A stretch of 64,000 nucleotides of DNA, from assembly GCA_013239625.1 (NCBI GenBank), contig MU053873.1, positions 1,440,524-1,504,523 on the forward strand, in the 5' to 3' direction. The position numbers and the translations under genes were made by a program. This DNA comes from Lama guanicoe. Its lineage: Eukaryota. The stretch's first letter is position 1; each line of letters opens with the position of its first letter. The notes under the pieces were generated by a model. That model did not search any database and was not told where the DNA came from. It saw only the letters and a list, made by a program, of their open reading frames with translations. Below are positions 1-11,834 of the stretch, piece by piece.

Positions 1-1227
1 CTTGAGAATAATTATCCTGACACTGGGGATGTGTGATGTGTGCCTGTTTACTGCTCATCATAATACTTCCACGCTGGGGGCTTCAACAAATACTTGGGAA
101 TGAATGAAGGGGTACAAATATATTTCTGAATCTGACTTCTCTGAATTTCTTTTAAGCACATTTAAAAGCTTTGGTTTTTATTTTTATTTTGACCATATGA
201 CTTGAATAATCACTGAGTGGACAGTAACCCTGTTGCTGCTAATCTGAGGAGGTGCCTTTAATGGAAGGGCCAGTTCAGCCATTATGTATTTACTTCCCTC
301 TTATTGGTTCCCTGACTGGCTATAATGTGGCTTTGAATTTTCCCATTGTTTCTCCTTTTATCTGGCCCTCTACCAACCTTTCTTTCTGCTTCTGTAGCAC
401 ATCTTGTGTTATCTTCCTTATCATCCCTCCCTGATCCCCCTTGTTCTACTTTGACTACTTCTATCTTCTTTCTCAACTCACATATAAATGTGAATTAAAG
501 AAGCTGAAACATTAATTTAAAATAAGAATAAAACTTATGCTATTTCATTGTTTGATAAATATGTATTTGTATTTTTTAATGTTTCAGAGTCTTAAAAGTT
601 GAAGAAATTAAATTAGATCTTGTTGGATTTCTTATGTACACACACTTGTTTAGAATATAGAAGGCTGAAAGAGTAATCCTAGAAATATATTAATAAGTGG
701 CCCAAGAAGTTGGCACTACTGCTCTTACCATCTGGATTATCCTATGTATTTTAGCCAGTATTTATATTTAGATCTTCTCGATCAGTCTGGAGAATATGGC
801 CTCTAATTTAAAGGTTCTATTTTTTCCAGATTTAGGATGAATTGCTTACTAATTCAAAGACTTTGCTTTGCATTAAGCTTTTTATGTGTATGATAAGGAA
901 ATGTTTCCAAGTGCAAGGTGGTGGTGCTGTTGCTACCACTGCTGCTGCTACTAATACTACCATATACAACTCTATGTACAGTGGGGCTTAGAGGAGGAGC
1001 ACTTTTTGAGCTATTGAACAGAAGGACTTGAGCTATGCAGATTTGCAAAGGGAAGAAAGTAGGTTATATTGGGCTTGGAAGAGGCAGCTTAAAGTAAAAA
1101 ATTTGTTGATGATAATTCTAGATTTGATACTAATTTAGACAAACCAGCTGGGATCATCTGGGACATCTCAGTTTGGTCTGGGTATCAGATAAGATGAAAA
1201 CTTACTGAAATGGAAACATAAAACCTT

Positions 1228-1460
1228 TAAAAATCAGATTACAGAAGAACGTGTAGAATATAATGTTATCTTGGTGAAAATATGTGCATGAATATGTGCA
1301 TATGGGGCAAAGGGAAAGACCCAGCAGGGTATATACATCAAGATGTTAACATTGTTCATCTCTGGATGATGGGAATGTGAAGTGTTTATTTAGAAATTTT
1401 TTGCTAATCTGTATTTTCTAATTTTCTACAGTGCACATGCTTCTACTATTATAAGAGAAA
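1228..1460 (+). mobile_element. Ancient L1 (L1ME/L1MC-like) 3' UTR fragment
   Basis: The motifs 'atacatcaagatgttaacattgttcatctctgg' and 'ctgtattttctaattttctacagtgcacatg' resemble old L1M 3' ends. Boundaries approximate. Confidence 0.55.
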
Positions 1461-3059
1461 GTTGTCTTGAGAAGTGGTTGTTGAAGGGGAATATCTTGTA
1501 GAGTCTCCTTTTGGTATAGGATGAGGATGACTGTGGCGGTGGGGCCAGGTGAGGCAGGACAAGAGACTGAGTGCCCTGAAGGCTTAAATACAGTGACTCT
1601 GATAATACAAAACATAAAGAATAAAAAACTTATTATCTTTTGACTGATAGTATTTAAGGTAAATTTATCAACTTGTGTGATTATGAGCAATTTACCTTCC
1701 TAATTATGTTTTAGAGTGATAATAGAATTAATTTCTATTCTCAGATTATACACAGATTGTAGTGGAAAGAACTCAGAAATGAGCTGGGTGGCTGGAGAAG
1801 CCAGCTTGGGATTTAAATTTTACAGAGATAATGCAGAGTTCATGGTATTAAGAGTTTGGCAAAAATCCCCAGGAGTTAAGAAATTTCAAACAAAGGCTGA
1901 CAGGAGACAGTTGGCTGGGAAATGAAAAAGTCTGGTAGAGTTGAAATGCATTATATATTAGGATCATCAGCAATGCAATGAATTTTCCTTACCAAATCAC
2001 TAAAGTAAGAAATAATAAAAACTGTTTTGGTTTATTTTTTCCTATTTAAGCTTCAAAGAATCACATTATATTTGAACTAGCTATGGCAGTCCTATTTTTC
2101 TAGATTAGAGTAGAAAAAAGGGTGTAGAAATCATAAACTGTAAATTAGAAGAAGGCTAGAGATACTCAGGTGGTAGGGAAGTCATGTTCTCCCTGAGAAA
2201 AATATTATGAAGCTGCACCTTACTTGGGCAGTAGGTTCCAAAGTCAGTACTTAAAGTGAAAAATAGAATAATCAAAATAACCTTGAAAAATCTTTTTAAA
2301 AATTCCACGTTACAGATTAGTAATTTAATATAGCATATTTTTCCTCCAATGTTAGAATAAGCAACATTTCTTTGGTTGAGACTGATACTTGGCTTCTATT
2401 TATGGGTCATGATATTTAGGGAAAAGTAATGCTTTACACACTAGAACCATCCTCAGCATGGCCATGTGTTTACACCATGAGAGGCTCATAGAAACTGAGG
2501 TTAACTGAGTGGAGCACATTAATAACTTCCATCGTATTTCTACCCACCTTTATATTTCTTGTTCCTACATTTTCTTGCCTCCTTCCCCCTATATTTTCTT
2601 TTTCCTTGCCCCCTCTTGCCATCTCTTCTGAGCACTCACGTGGGACCACTGTAACCACTGGGCTCCACAGTTCTCAGGGTGACCACTGAAGATACTTACC
2701 AGATCCTCTTCAGTTTTGAATGGGTTGGGGCCAGTGTTCTAGCCTGACAAGGTTTGCTCTGCACCTGGCAATACCGGTGTTTCTGGAGCCATTTAGTCTT
2801 GGGGCAGCTGGTGTAATCTTGAAGACTGGGTCTAAATTGGGCTCTCAAGGCATCCAGTCTGGTCTGGGTGCCTTTAAGATGTTCAGATTTGGTTCACAAA
2901 TTCTGAGGATGTGTGGGATTCTAGGGATTAATTTTGAGACTACCAAGACTTGGGATGTATGCAGGGATTCTGGACTGAAAACCCTCTGGATTATTAAAGG
3001 AGTCTTTTTCCAAAGTGAAGTTCATGTGACCTTGTACTTCCTTTGTGTGATCTGAGAGG

Positions 3060-3640
3060 CTATATTTTTATAGCAGAAAGAGCACTGAATGAGAGATCAA
3101 AAACTTGGTTCTGTGTCACCGCTTATTCCCTCTGTGTTCTTTAGTCAGTGTTTCTCAGCTTTTTATATTTGTGGCACATTTTAAAATAGAGTTTTGGTGA
3201 CATAATTGAAGGGAATAAAATCTCAAAACAGCACTAAACAAATCAGTAGCATTTCAGTAGAGTTAGAATTAGAGTTATCACACGGTCTTGGCGCCTGTAA
3301 AAGCATCCTTTGTTGGTATACAGCTTCTTACATCGTCTCTCTTGCAGTGCTGTTTTGCTCTTGGAGCTGTTCACTGCCAGACTGTGCTCTCATATAATTA
3401 CGGTTCAACAGTATTTGTGGTTTCATTAAATATACTCTTTCTTTGGCACTAGCTTCGTAGTGTGTTATTCCTCTTGCCTTTTATTCATGGCAATTCTGTA
3501 CTCTGAATTTGTGCTTTCATCTGTTAAGAGGGGAAGGTTCTTACTTAACCCAGAACTGTCTTACCTACCTCAGGACTGTTGTGAGGATCAGTGAGCTATA
3601 AAGGATGCGAAGGTTTTGTAAAACTTTGATAAAGATATGA
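3060..3640 (+). mobile_element. Fragmented MIR SINE (5' part ~3060-3145, 3' part ~3505-3640) with intervening sequence
   Basis: 'atagcagaaagagcactgaatgagagatcaaaaacttgg' and 'cctacctcaggactgttgtgaggatcagtgag' resemble MIR head and tail. Confidence 0.5.
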
Positions 3641-3679
3641 AGGGTTATAGAACTGTAAGGGATTTTTGTTAGATTTTTG

Positions 3680-3810
3680 TTCACTTTCCTCTGCCTGACT
3701 AGACAGTAAGATTGTTGTAACCAGGGGCTGAAGGTTTTTCCTTTACTTTGTTCCCAGCATACAGCTCAATGTTTGGCATATAAAAGATAGTCAGTAAATA
3801 TTTATTAAGT
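3680..3810 (+). mobile_element. L2 3' end fragment
   Basis: 'ctagacagtaag...cccagcatacagctcaatgtttggcatataaaagatagtcagtaaatatttatt' matches the L2 3' tail pattern. Confidence 0.55.
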
Positions 3811-4829
3811 TAAAATTTAAAATTATTTTATTCTTAATATTGAATTGGTTTGCCGCATGGCCAACATCCTTTGTACAAAGCAGTATCAATAATGCAGCGA
3901 CCCAGCTGTGTACTGGTACATCTCATCCTGTTTACAGAGGAACAAAGTGAGTGTCTTTGGCGCTTCTGCTGGGTGTGGATGGGGAGCAGGGACAAAAAGG
4001 CAATGAGATTTAGGTGCTCTCTTTTGAGAAGCATTCTTCCTAAACGTAGTCAGCAGTATGATCGCCTGGCTGCTGTGTGCAAGTAGAGTGCAGCATTTTG
4101 TTTAGTCTGGTTTGAGATGTCCTGAGTGGTTTTTATTATTATAGTGTGTCTATTGGAGGCTCTTCCACAGCCTTATAGATTTCATTTTCTTTAATTGGGA
4201 TGGGGAGGGAGAGAGAGAACAGCATTTACTTGGCATTCTTGCCTTTTAAAGCTGTGGGTTATTGATTCAGGGGCCTAGAATAGTAATGCTTGGAAGTAAA
4301 GGTTCCCTTGGGAGCACCAATGTTAAAGGGCAAAGGGAAAATGATTAGAATTTAAATCTCCGGACTCCACTGAATTTGTGGCTTCATTAAAAAAAAGGGG
4401 AGGAGGAGGAAATGATCTAGGCAGCTGCTGTAGGCTTTGTTTAACACTTGCATCCACAAACTGATAACTCAGAATTACATCCCTACAAGTTGAGCTACTT
4501 GGCCAAGTGTGAACAGCCAAAAAGCGGACTGCTTTTACTGTCAGGCCTCAGTTTGGGCCATGTTCAGTTAGGGCCAATCGATACTAGCAAAATATCTCTC
4601 ATTTTCTAAGGGAGACAGTAACCTTTTGGCCTTCTAGTGAAATCTCTTCTGCCTATTTGTGGAACATGTTATCGCTAAATTACACACATACTTTGTTCTT
4701 TGATGTGTCACTCTTTCTCCAAAGTCAAGTTTTCCTTTTAAACTATTTGTTTGATACCTAGTGTTGCTACTTTAAATAGTACATTCTCTAGCTTGTCTGC
4801 TAGGAGAGGGGAGCAATGAAGAACAATGG

Positions 4830-4995
4830 GAGGAACATTAGACTGTAATGACAGATAGGTTCTACCACCAAACAGCTGTGTGACCTTGGACAAATCACGT
4901 AACCTTCCTGAGTATCAGTTTCTTTGTGTTTAAAGTGAAAGATTTGGATTAGTGACTTCTGGGTTTCTTTGTGATTGGAAATTTTATCATTCTAT
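4830..4995 (+). mobile_element. MIR/MIR3 SINE
   Basis: Core 'agctgtgtgaccttggacaaatcacgtaaccttcctgagtatcagtttctt' and tail 'attttatcattcta'. Confidence 0.7.
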
Positions 4996-5089
4996 AAAAT
5001 AGTGTAGTCTAGTTAATCTTTCAACTTTCAGCCAATCAAAAAAAATTCTGTTTTCTTTTGGAATGTATGATTTCCTTTTAGAGAGACCC

Positions 5090-5325
5090 TGTAGTACAGT
5101 GGTTAAGAACATGGGCTCTGGAGCTAGAACATCTGGAATGGAATCCTTGCTCTGTAGTTTACTAGTTGATAGTCAGTCCTGGCTAGCCAATCTTGTGCTT
5201 CAATTTCTTCATCTATAAAATGATGATAAAATAATGCCCATCTCCTAGTGTTGGTAAGGGTTAAGTTAGGTAATAAATGTAAAGCACTTATTATAGTGTC
5301 TGGTACTTAAGTGCTAAGTGTTACC
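5090..5325 (+). mobile_element. MIR SINE, near full length
   Basis: 'agtggttaagaacatgggctctggagctaga', 'cttcaatttcttcatctataaaatg' and 'atgtaaagcactta' match MIR head, core and tail. Confidence 0.85.
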
Positions 5326-5974
5326 ATTAATTTGTTTCCCGATGAATTTGCCTCACTAATGATTCTACTTCAATAAATATTTAATGTAACATATTTTTTC
5401 TGAGCACATCCCAATAGATGAAAAGGCTGCCAACACTGTTTAGAGTTGCAGGGGAATGTCATCTTGCTGTTACAAATATGGAACAATTTATAAGAGGAAA
5501 ATAGAGCGTTAGTTAAGTACAGTTGCTAAATTAATATATATTTCAGAAGCCTGCAAAAGGTTTCTACCAATGATATTTTACCAATGCTTCAATTTATTTC
5601 AAAATCTGTTTTAAAATCATTTTTTGAGCTGTGAGAAGAGGCATTTTTAACATTATTTTATTGAGTAATAGTCATTTTACAATATTGTGTCAAATTCTAG
5701 TGTAGAGCACAATTTTTCAGTTATACATGAACATATATATATTCATTGTCACATTTTTTTCACTATGAGCTACCACAAGATCTTGTTTATATTTCCCTGT
5801 GCTATACAGTATAATCTTGTTTATCTATTCTGCATTTTAAAATCCCCAGTCTGTCCCAACCCACCCCCTGCCCCCTTGGCAACCACAAGTTTGTATTCTA
5901 TGTCTATGAGTCTGTTTCTGTTTTGTATTTATGTTTTGTTTTGTTTTGTTTTTAGATTCCTCATATGAGTGATC

Positions 5975-6320
5975 TCATATGGTATTTTTCTTTCTCTTTC
6001 TGGCTTACTTCACTTAGAGTGACATTCTCCAGGAACATCCATGTTGCTGCAAATGGCATTATGTTGTCTGTTTTTATGGCTGAATAGTATTCCATTGTAT
6101 AAATACACCACATCTTTTTTATTCAGTCATCTGTCGATGGACATTTAAGCTATTTGCATGTCTTGGCTATTGTAAATAGTGCTGCTATGAACATTGGGGT
6201 GCAGGTGTCATTTTGAAGTAGGGTTCCTTCTGGATTTATGCCCAGGAGTGGGATTCCTGGGTCACATGGTAAGTTTATTCCTAGTCTTTTGAGGAATCTC
6301 CATACTGTTTTCCACAATGG
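5975..6320 (-). pseudogene. L1 ORF2p extreme C-terminal fragment
   Basis: Translates PLWKTVWRFLKRLGINLPCDPGIPLLGINP...DTCTPMFIAALFTIAKT, the conserved ORF2 C-terminal segment, with a premature stop. Confidence 0.9.
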
Positions 6321-6463
6321 CTTTCCTTGCTTCCCTCTCCCACTCTTAATGATTTAGATGTCTTCTTTTACAATTTTGTGTTTATTCTTTTTGTAATTCA
6401 TGGCAGTTATCACCTTTCCAGTTATGAGCTTCTCATTTTTGTAGCATCCTGCTTCTTTTCTAT

Positions 6464-7350
6464 TTAGAGTAGACCTGTCTGTATTTCTTTTAGCATGGGT
6501 TTAGTGTTGCTAAACTCTTTTAGTTTTTGCTTGTCTGTGAAGTTCTTTATCTCTCCTTCTATTCTAAAGGATAGCCTTGCTGGATAGAGTATCCTAGGCT
6601 GCATCTTGTTTTCATTCAGGACTTTGAATATATCTTGCCACTCCCTTCTGGACTGTAGTGTTTGTGTAGACAAATCAGCTGAGAGCCTTATGGGGGTTCC
6701 CTTGTAACGCACTCTTTGTTTTTCTCTTGCTGCCTTTAGGATCATTTCCTTATCCTTGACTCTGGCCATCTTGATTATGATATGTCTTGGTGTGGGTCTG
6801 TTTGGGTTCTTCCTGTTTGGGTCCCTCTGAGCCTCCTGTACTTGGATATCTGATTCCTTTAGGTTTGGGAAGTTTTCAGTCATAATTTCTTCTGATACCT
6901 TTTCAATCCCCTTTATTCTTTCTTCCCCTTCTGGAACCCCTACTATGTGTAGATTGGCACACTTTATATTATCTCATAGGCCCCTTATATTGTTTTCATT
7001 GTTTGTTATTTGTTTTTCTCTCAGCTGTTCTGATTGGGTGCTTTCTGTTGTCCTGTCTTGTAGGTCACTTATTTGTTCCTCTGCATTATCTAGCCTGCTT
7101 TGTACAGCCTTTAGGTCAGCTCTCATCTCAGCAAATGAGTTTACTAATTCTACTTGGTTCTTTATAGCTTCTATTTCATTTTTGACATATTTTATATCTC
7201 TAAACACTATTTCTTTAGTTCCTTCAGTACTTTGATCACTTCTTTTTTGAAATCTTGATCTAGTAGGCCATCAATGTTTGTTTCCTTGATCGTGCTTTCA
7301 GGGGATTTTTCTTGATGTTTTAATTGGGAGTGGTTCCTCTGCTGCTTCAT
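6464..7350 (-). pseudogene. L1 ORF1p (RNA-binding chaperone), about 295 aa, with two lesions
   Basis: Manual translation: MKQQRNHSQLKHQEKSPE...VLKELK, then a 1-nt frameshift near 7215, then ...SRLDNAEEQISDLQDR...NENNIRGL*, where * is TGA at 6974-6976 (probably from TGG). It continues DNIKCANLHIVGVPEGEE...ENFPNL...TPRHIIIKM...ILKAAREK...PIRLSADLS...RREW...YPARLSF. These are canonical ORF1 coiled-coil, RRM and CTD motifs. Confidence 0.93.
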
Positions 7351-8065
7351 ATTGCTCATATCTCTCTGGCAGTGTGGCTTAAGGAGTATCAGTTATCTAG
7401 TTCTCCTGGAGACGGTGTGCTCTTAATGATTTTATCAAGAGGTCTTTGTGTCTTTGCCCTGTTTTGCGAACTCAGCTTGCTGTTTCCAGAGGCCCTCTGT
7501 TGGTGCCGTCTTCTGTGCTGCTCCCAGTGGCTGTCGGCTAGCAGATCGTGCCCCCTCCCAACACTGGGTCAGATGCTAAGCTCTTACCGTGGGCGGGCGG
7601 GTCACTCCCCCTCCCAATGCCGCAGTCAGATGCTGTGCTCGGGGGGGGGGGTCAGGTGGGCGGATCGCGCCCCCACCCAGCCCCATGGTCAGGTGCTGCG
7701 TTCCTGCCAGGAAGGCGGGTGGCCACCTGCCCTCTCCTGGTGCTGGTCACTCTGCTGCTCTGTACAGCTGCCCGCTCCACCATGGGTCGGTGTTTCCAAG
7801 GTAGGCTTGGTGAAGACCACGGAACGGCCCCGCCTCTGCTTCGTGCCAAATTTCAGATCCTTGTTTGTCCTGGCAGCACGAGTTCTCTGAGGTGCCAGGG
7901 CAGAAAGATCGTATCTGCCTCAGGCTGTAAACAAGTCTTAGTCTTGCCTAGGAGGTTGCAGATCCCCCTGGGTGTGGATTCAGGTCTAGGCCCCACCCCT
8001 GCCCCGGGTGCTGCGCACCCAGAGAGAATATGGCGGCTGTGGCTGAGCCCCTCCAAAGAGGCATT

Positions 8066-8220
8066 ACTGTAGTCAAGAATCAGCAGATCTGGGATTCTAG
8101 CATTGTGACTTTAGACCAGTCACTTCCTCCCTGTGAGATTTAATTTTCTCATGTGAAAAGGAGGTGGTTGGAATAGCTGATCTTAAAAATACCTTCAAGT
8201 TGATATTTTAGAATTCTGGG
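8066..8220 (+). mobile_element. MIR3-like SINE adjoining the L1 insertion site
   Basis: 'gaatcagcagatctgggattctagc...tgtgactttagaccagtcacttcc...ttttctcatgtgaaaaggagg...attcta/attctg' pattern. Confidence 0.6.
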
Positions 8221-9570
8221 ATTTAGGGCCTAAGTGCATAACTTGAAAGTAGTTTATTTGTCTGTACTAGCCATAGTGGTGAATATTTTTCAGATTCTAA
8301 GAAATAGGAAATTTATCAGTGCCCTTCCTGACTTTGCCTGCTTTGACAAAAGATAGACCACAGTTCATCTCCAAATGGAGATTAGGCCTCGGTTGCATGG
8401 TGTTTTGAGATGTTGCTTTTGTTTGAATATATTTTGAATTGCAAGTAATTTGGTTGAGCAGTATATGTCAAGGATGAAATAGCCTTACAAGGACGTGAGG
8501 CTTGTTTACACAGGGTTTATATAAATACACAATAACAATGAACATTGGGAGTGTTGCTGTTTTATACAGGAAAATGTTTCTGGCACCACACCCACCTCCC
8601 TCAAGAGGAAAAGAGTGAGGAAGGAAGAAAGACTGATTTGCTTGCTCTCTGTCTCTTTTTAAAATCACATATGGCAGATATTTGTGTGTGTTAAAAACAA
8701 ATCATGTTGCTGTATCCATGAAGCTATGCACATATATGTGCACCTTTCTAAACTGAGTCAGAGGGGCATTGTCAGGTCTGACTGGGGATATAGTACAATG
8801 TACTTCTAATCTCCAAGTGTTTTAATTGAAACTCAAATCCCTGCCTAGGGACCTAAAATTAAAGCTGAAAGTGTGGAGGCTTTCACTTAAAATGATATAT
8901 TGGTTATTCATCTTGTTGACAATAAGTAGATAATTTAAGCTGATTCAGTAAGAGTCGTCTTTACTGTTATAGCTCCAATGTGTTTCTGACTATTCTGAGG
9001 AGAGAGACAAAATACCAAGCAATTGGGGACCATATAATATCCTGAAGGCTGCACTATTGAAATACTGTGTGTTCTACATGCTATTGGTTTCGTGAAAACA
9101 AAGCAAGAGACCACCCTCATTATGGAGACTGGGCAGTAGCCCAAGCAGCTGTGAAAGTGAATAGAAAACTGAGTCTGTCTCGGCTTTTCCATTCATTGTG
9201 TCCAGAAGTTTAGCATCACCAAGCAGAGAGGTCACTTTGCTTATTAGGGTTTGAGAGTCATACTGATATTGTTGCAGGTTAGATCTTTTTATAACAGTAA
9301 GTTGAATTTTATATTAGCAGAAGTGGTTTATGTAAGTAGTGGTTTTGATGTGATGAATTGACAGACACCTTAGCAGGAAAGGACTCCTTATGTGGGCATC
9401 AGGGGTTTAAGGAATCCTAGAATTGGATTTTAGATTTAAGGTCATGGGAACAGTGACAAAATAAAATATTTTTACTAGTTGTTTTTAGAATTAAATGCAG
9501 TAATCTTTAAGTGTTTTATTCACAGCAATGTGCTAATGACTTTGGATAATCAGATATTTTACTACAACAT

Positions 9571-9611
9571 GATATATATGTATATATGTGTGTGTATATA
9601 TATATATATAT
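9571..9611. repeat. (TA)n/(TG)n compound microsatellite
   Basis: gatatatatgtatatatgtgtgtgtatatatatatatatat. Confidence 0.85.
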
Positions 9612-10734
9612 TCTATGAAATTGTACACCGAAAATAATAGGAATTATGAGGAAAAAAATAAGGCTAGATGTAGACTACTCAAAATTTATGCAACTTTGAA
9701 CCATAGAACCAAAAAAACAGTAGCTTAGACAGCTCAGGCAGGCAGCTCAGCATGGGTGGGAGTTGCCATAGATTTAAAAAATGCACTAAAAAGGAGTTTA
9801 AAAATGCTGACTTGCAGAAATGTATGATAACGCATTTGAAAACAGAGCCCTGAGCCAGTGGGGTGGCCATTAAAGTGGGCACAGAAGGAAGTAAGACTTG
9901 CCCTGAGATGAGAACCAGAAATTACACCTCTCTTAGCCTGTATACAGGCATTCACTTTTTATTTTCCTTAAATAGAGCAAAGGACCTTGTCTTTGTAGCA
10001 GCCTAGCTGAAGCCATTTTACTTTTCCTTCTGAAAGATATAATTTTGTTCTACTATGCCAGTTCTTCTTGCCTAAGAAAAAATCACATATGAGCCAATAT
10101 GACTTCCACATTCTATTGACATGAGCCAAGCGGTGTTGTGGAAACATGTTGTAGCAAAACAGACTGCAAAGTGTAAGATATGAGCTCTACCTCCATGGAA
10201 TTGATCATCTAGTTGAGAATGTGAGAAATAAAGTTAAATGATGAAAGGTTTAAAAGTGGCTCAAGGGAATACTGAAAAAAATAACAAAATGGAGGACATA
10301 ACTATCAAATGATTAATGTAAATGTAATTGCTCTAGGAACTTAGAGATGGGGAAAGAACTCTTCAGAAATGGATGGCCAGGGGCAGTTAAAGACAAGGTA
10401 GATCATTGATTTTTAGTTTCTTATTCTAACTCTCTAACTTTCCAGGTGAAGCTAAATAAAATCATTTAACTGAATGCTTCTGAGGAGTTACACAATTCTT
10501 AAGATTCTGTAGCTATTAGATATTTAGTTTTCTCTTTACCTCATTCTCCCTCCCTTCCTCCTTTTTGCTCCAAGACATTTTTTTTTAAAGCTCTCAAAAT
10601 AGAATACTTCATGGAGTCATAGTTTAGAAAGAATACTTATATTTGACTAAGTCCTCATTCAGAGATAAATATTCTAGGGGTGGATCTTTAGTTTTCTCTT
10701 CTAATGTTGAGTATCTTGTGATTGTATAGTCAAT

Positions 10735-11230
10735 ATGTTCAATTCAACTCAACAGTTTATCTGAATGCCAGATATTACACAGTACTATAGTAATTGCTGA
10801 ATAAGATGGGGTCTCTACTTATCAGGAGAAAGTAGGAAAAGAGGTGTAAACAAAGTAACATAAAAGCATAAGAGAAAGAGAAATAAATGCCAGCTGGCAA
10901 AACTGGATGTCTTCTTGTAAAAAATGGGACTTGAGCTGGGCTTAGAAGGATTGTAAGATTTTGGCAGACATGCTGGAAGAGAAAAGTATTTTTGGCAGAA
11001 GAGGAGCAAAGAATAGACATAGGAAAATGCTGAATGTGATCAGAAATAGTGAGTAGAGTTGTGGGTGGAGTAAAGTTTGCATGGGGGCTAGTGGATGAGG
11101 ACATTTAGTAAAAGATAAAGTTGGAAAACTTGGTCGGAGCCAAATTGTGGAAGTCTTTGGATACCAGACTGAAGAATTTGATTTATCTGTGTATAGTGGT
11201 AAGCCAGTTAAGGTTGTGAGCCAGGGAATA
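10735..11230 (-). mobile_element. L2 fragment
   Basis: Purine-rich L2 antisense pattern, e.g. 'ggacttgagctgggcttagaagga' and 'ccagactgaagaatttgatttatctgtg'. Confidence 0.6.
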
Positions 11231-11259
11231 CAAGATCAGAGTTTGGAAAGGGAGAAAAC

Positions 11260-11620
11260 CCTTATAATAGAGTGCCTGCTATGTACAGTGCTACCTACAT
11301 TATATGCTTTATGTTCTTATTTACTCCTATAATAATCTGGAAAACTAGGTATTTTGTATCTGGAGGGAATATGTGGGAGCAGTATATACCTTCTGCTCAA
11401 TCTTGCTGTGAGCCTAACACTGTTTTGAAAAATAAAAATTAAAAGAAAATCTGTAAAAAAAAAAAAAGTCTTAAAAGTAAGTTTTATTATCTCCATTTAC
11501 AAATGAGCAAACTGAAACCCTGAAAATTTCAAATGATTTATTCAAGGTCACACAGCTGGTAATTGAGTGCTCAAGGAAAGTCTATACCTGGTCTAATTTT
11601 TAAAGCCCATCATCTTTCCA
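11260..11620 (-). mobile_element. MIR SINE interrupted by a short plus-strand L1MC 3' end (~11360-11470)
   Basis: MIR 'attatctccatttacaaatgagcaaactgaaacc...caaggtcacacagctggtaa'. The insert 'ctgctcaatcttgctgtgagcctaacactg...aaataaaa' is followed by an A-tail. Confidence 0.7.
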
Positions 11621-11834
11621 CTTAAGAAGTGCATTAGACAAGAGATTGTGCCAAAAGAGTAATGGTAAGCCTGTTGCAGAAGATGTATGATGAGAGGTAA
11701 TGGAGATGGAGAGGTGTAAAGAAGAATAATGGACACGGGTTTGAAAGAACTTAGAGACGAATGGAATGAGGATAGTAAGGGAGAGAAAGTACTGAAGATA
11801 CCCATTTAACTGGGAGGATATCTTAATTTGGTCA

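Larger units (their letters stand above)
5646..8055 (-). mobile_element. Young lineage-specific LINE-1 lacking most of ORF2 (5'UTR, ORF1, spacer, ORF2 C-terminus, 3'UTR)
   Basis: 10-bp TSD AAGAGGCATT at 5636-5645 and 8056-8065. GC/CpG-rich 5'UTR at ~7351-8055, ORF1 at 7350-6464, ORF2 tail from 6320. AATAAA on the minus strand at 5657-5662. Confidence 0.93.

Noticed and set aside
7324..8072. Longest ORFs in the track (188 aa and 174 aa, plus strand)
   Set aside because: They lie antisense in the GC-rich L1 5'UTR, begin at TTG/GTG, and show no recognisable domain. Low stop-codon frequency explains them.
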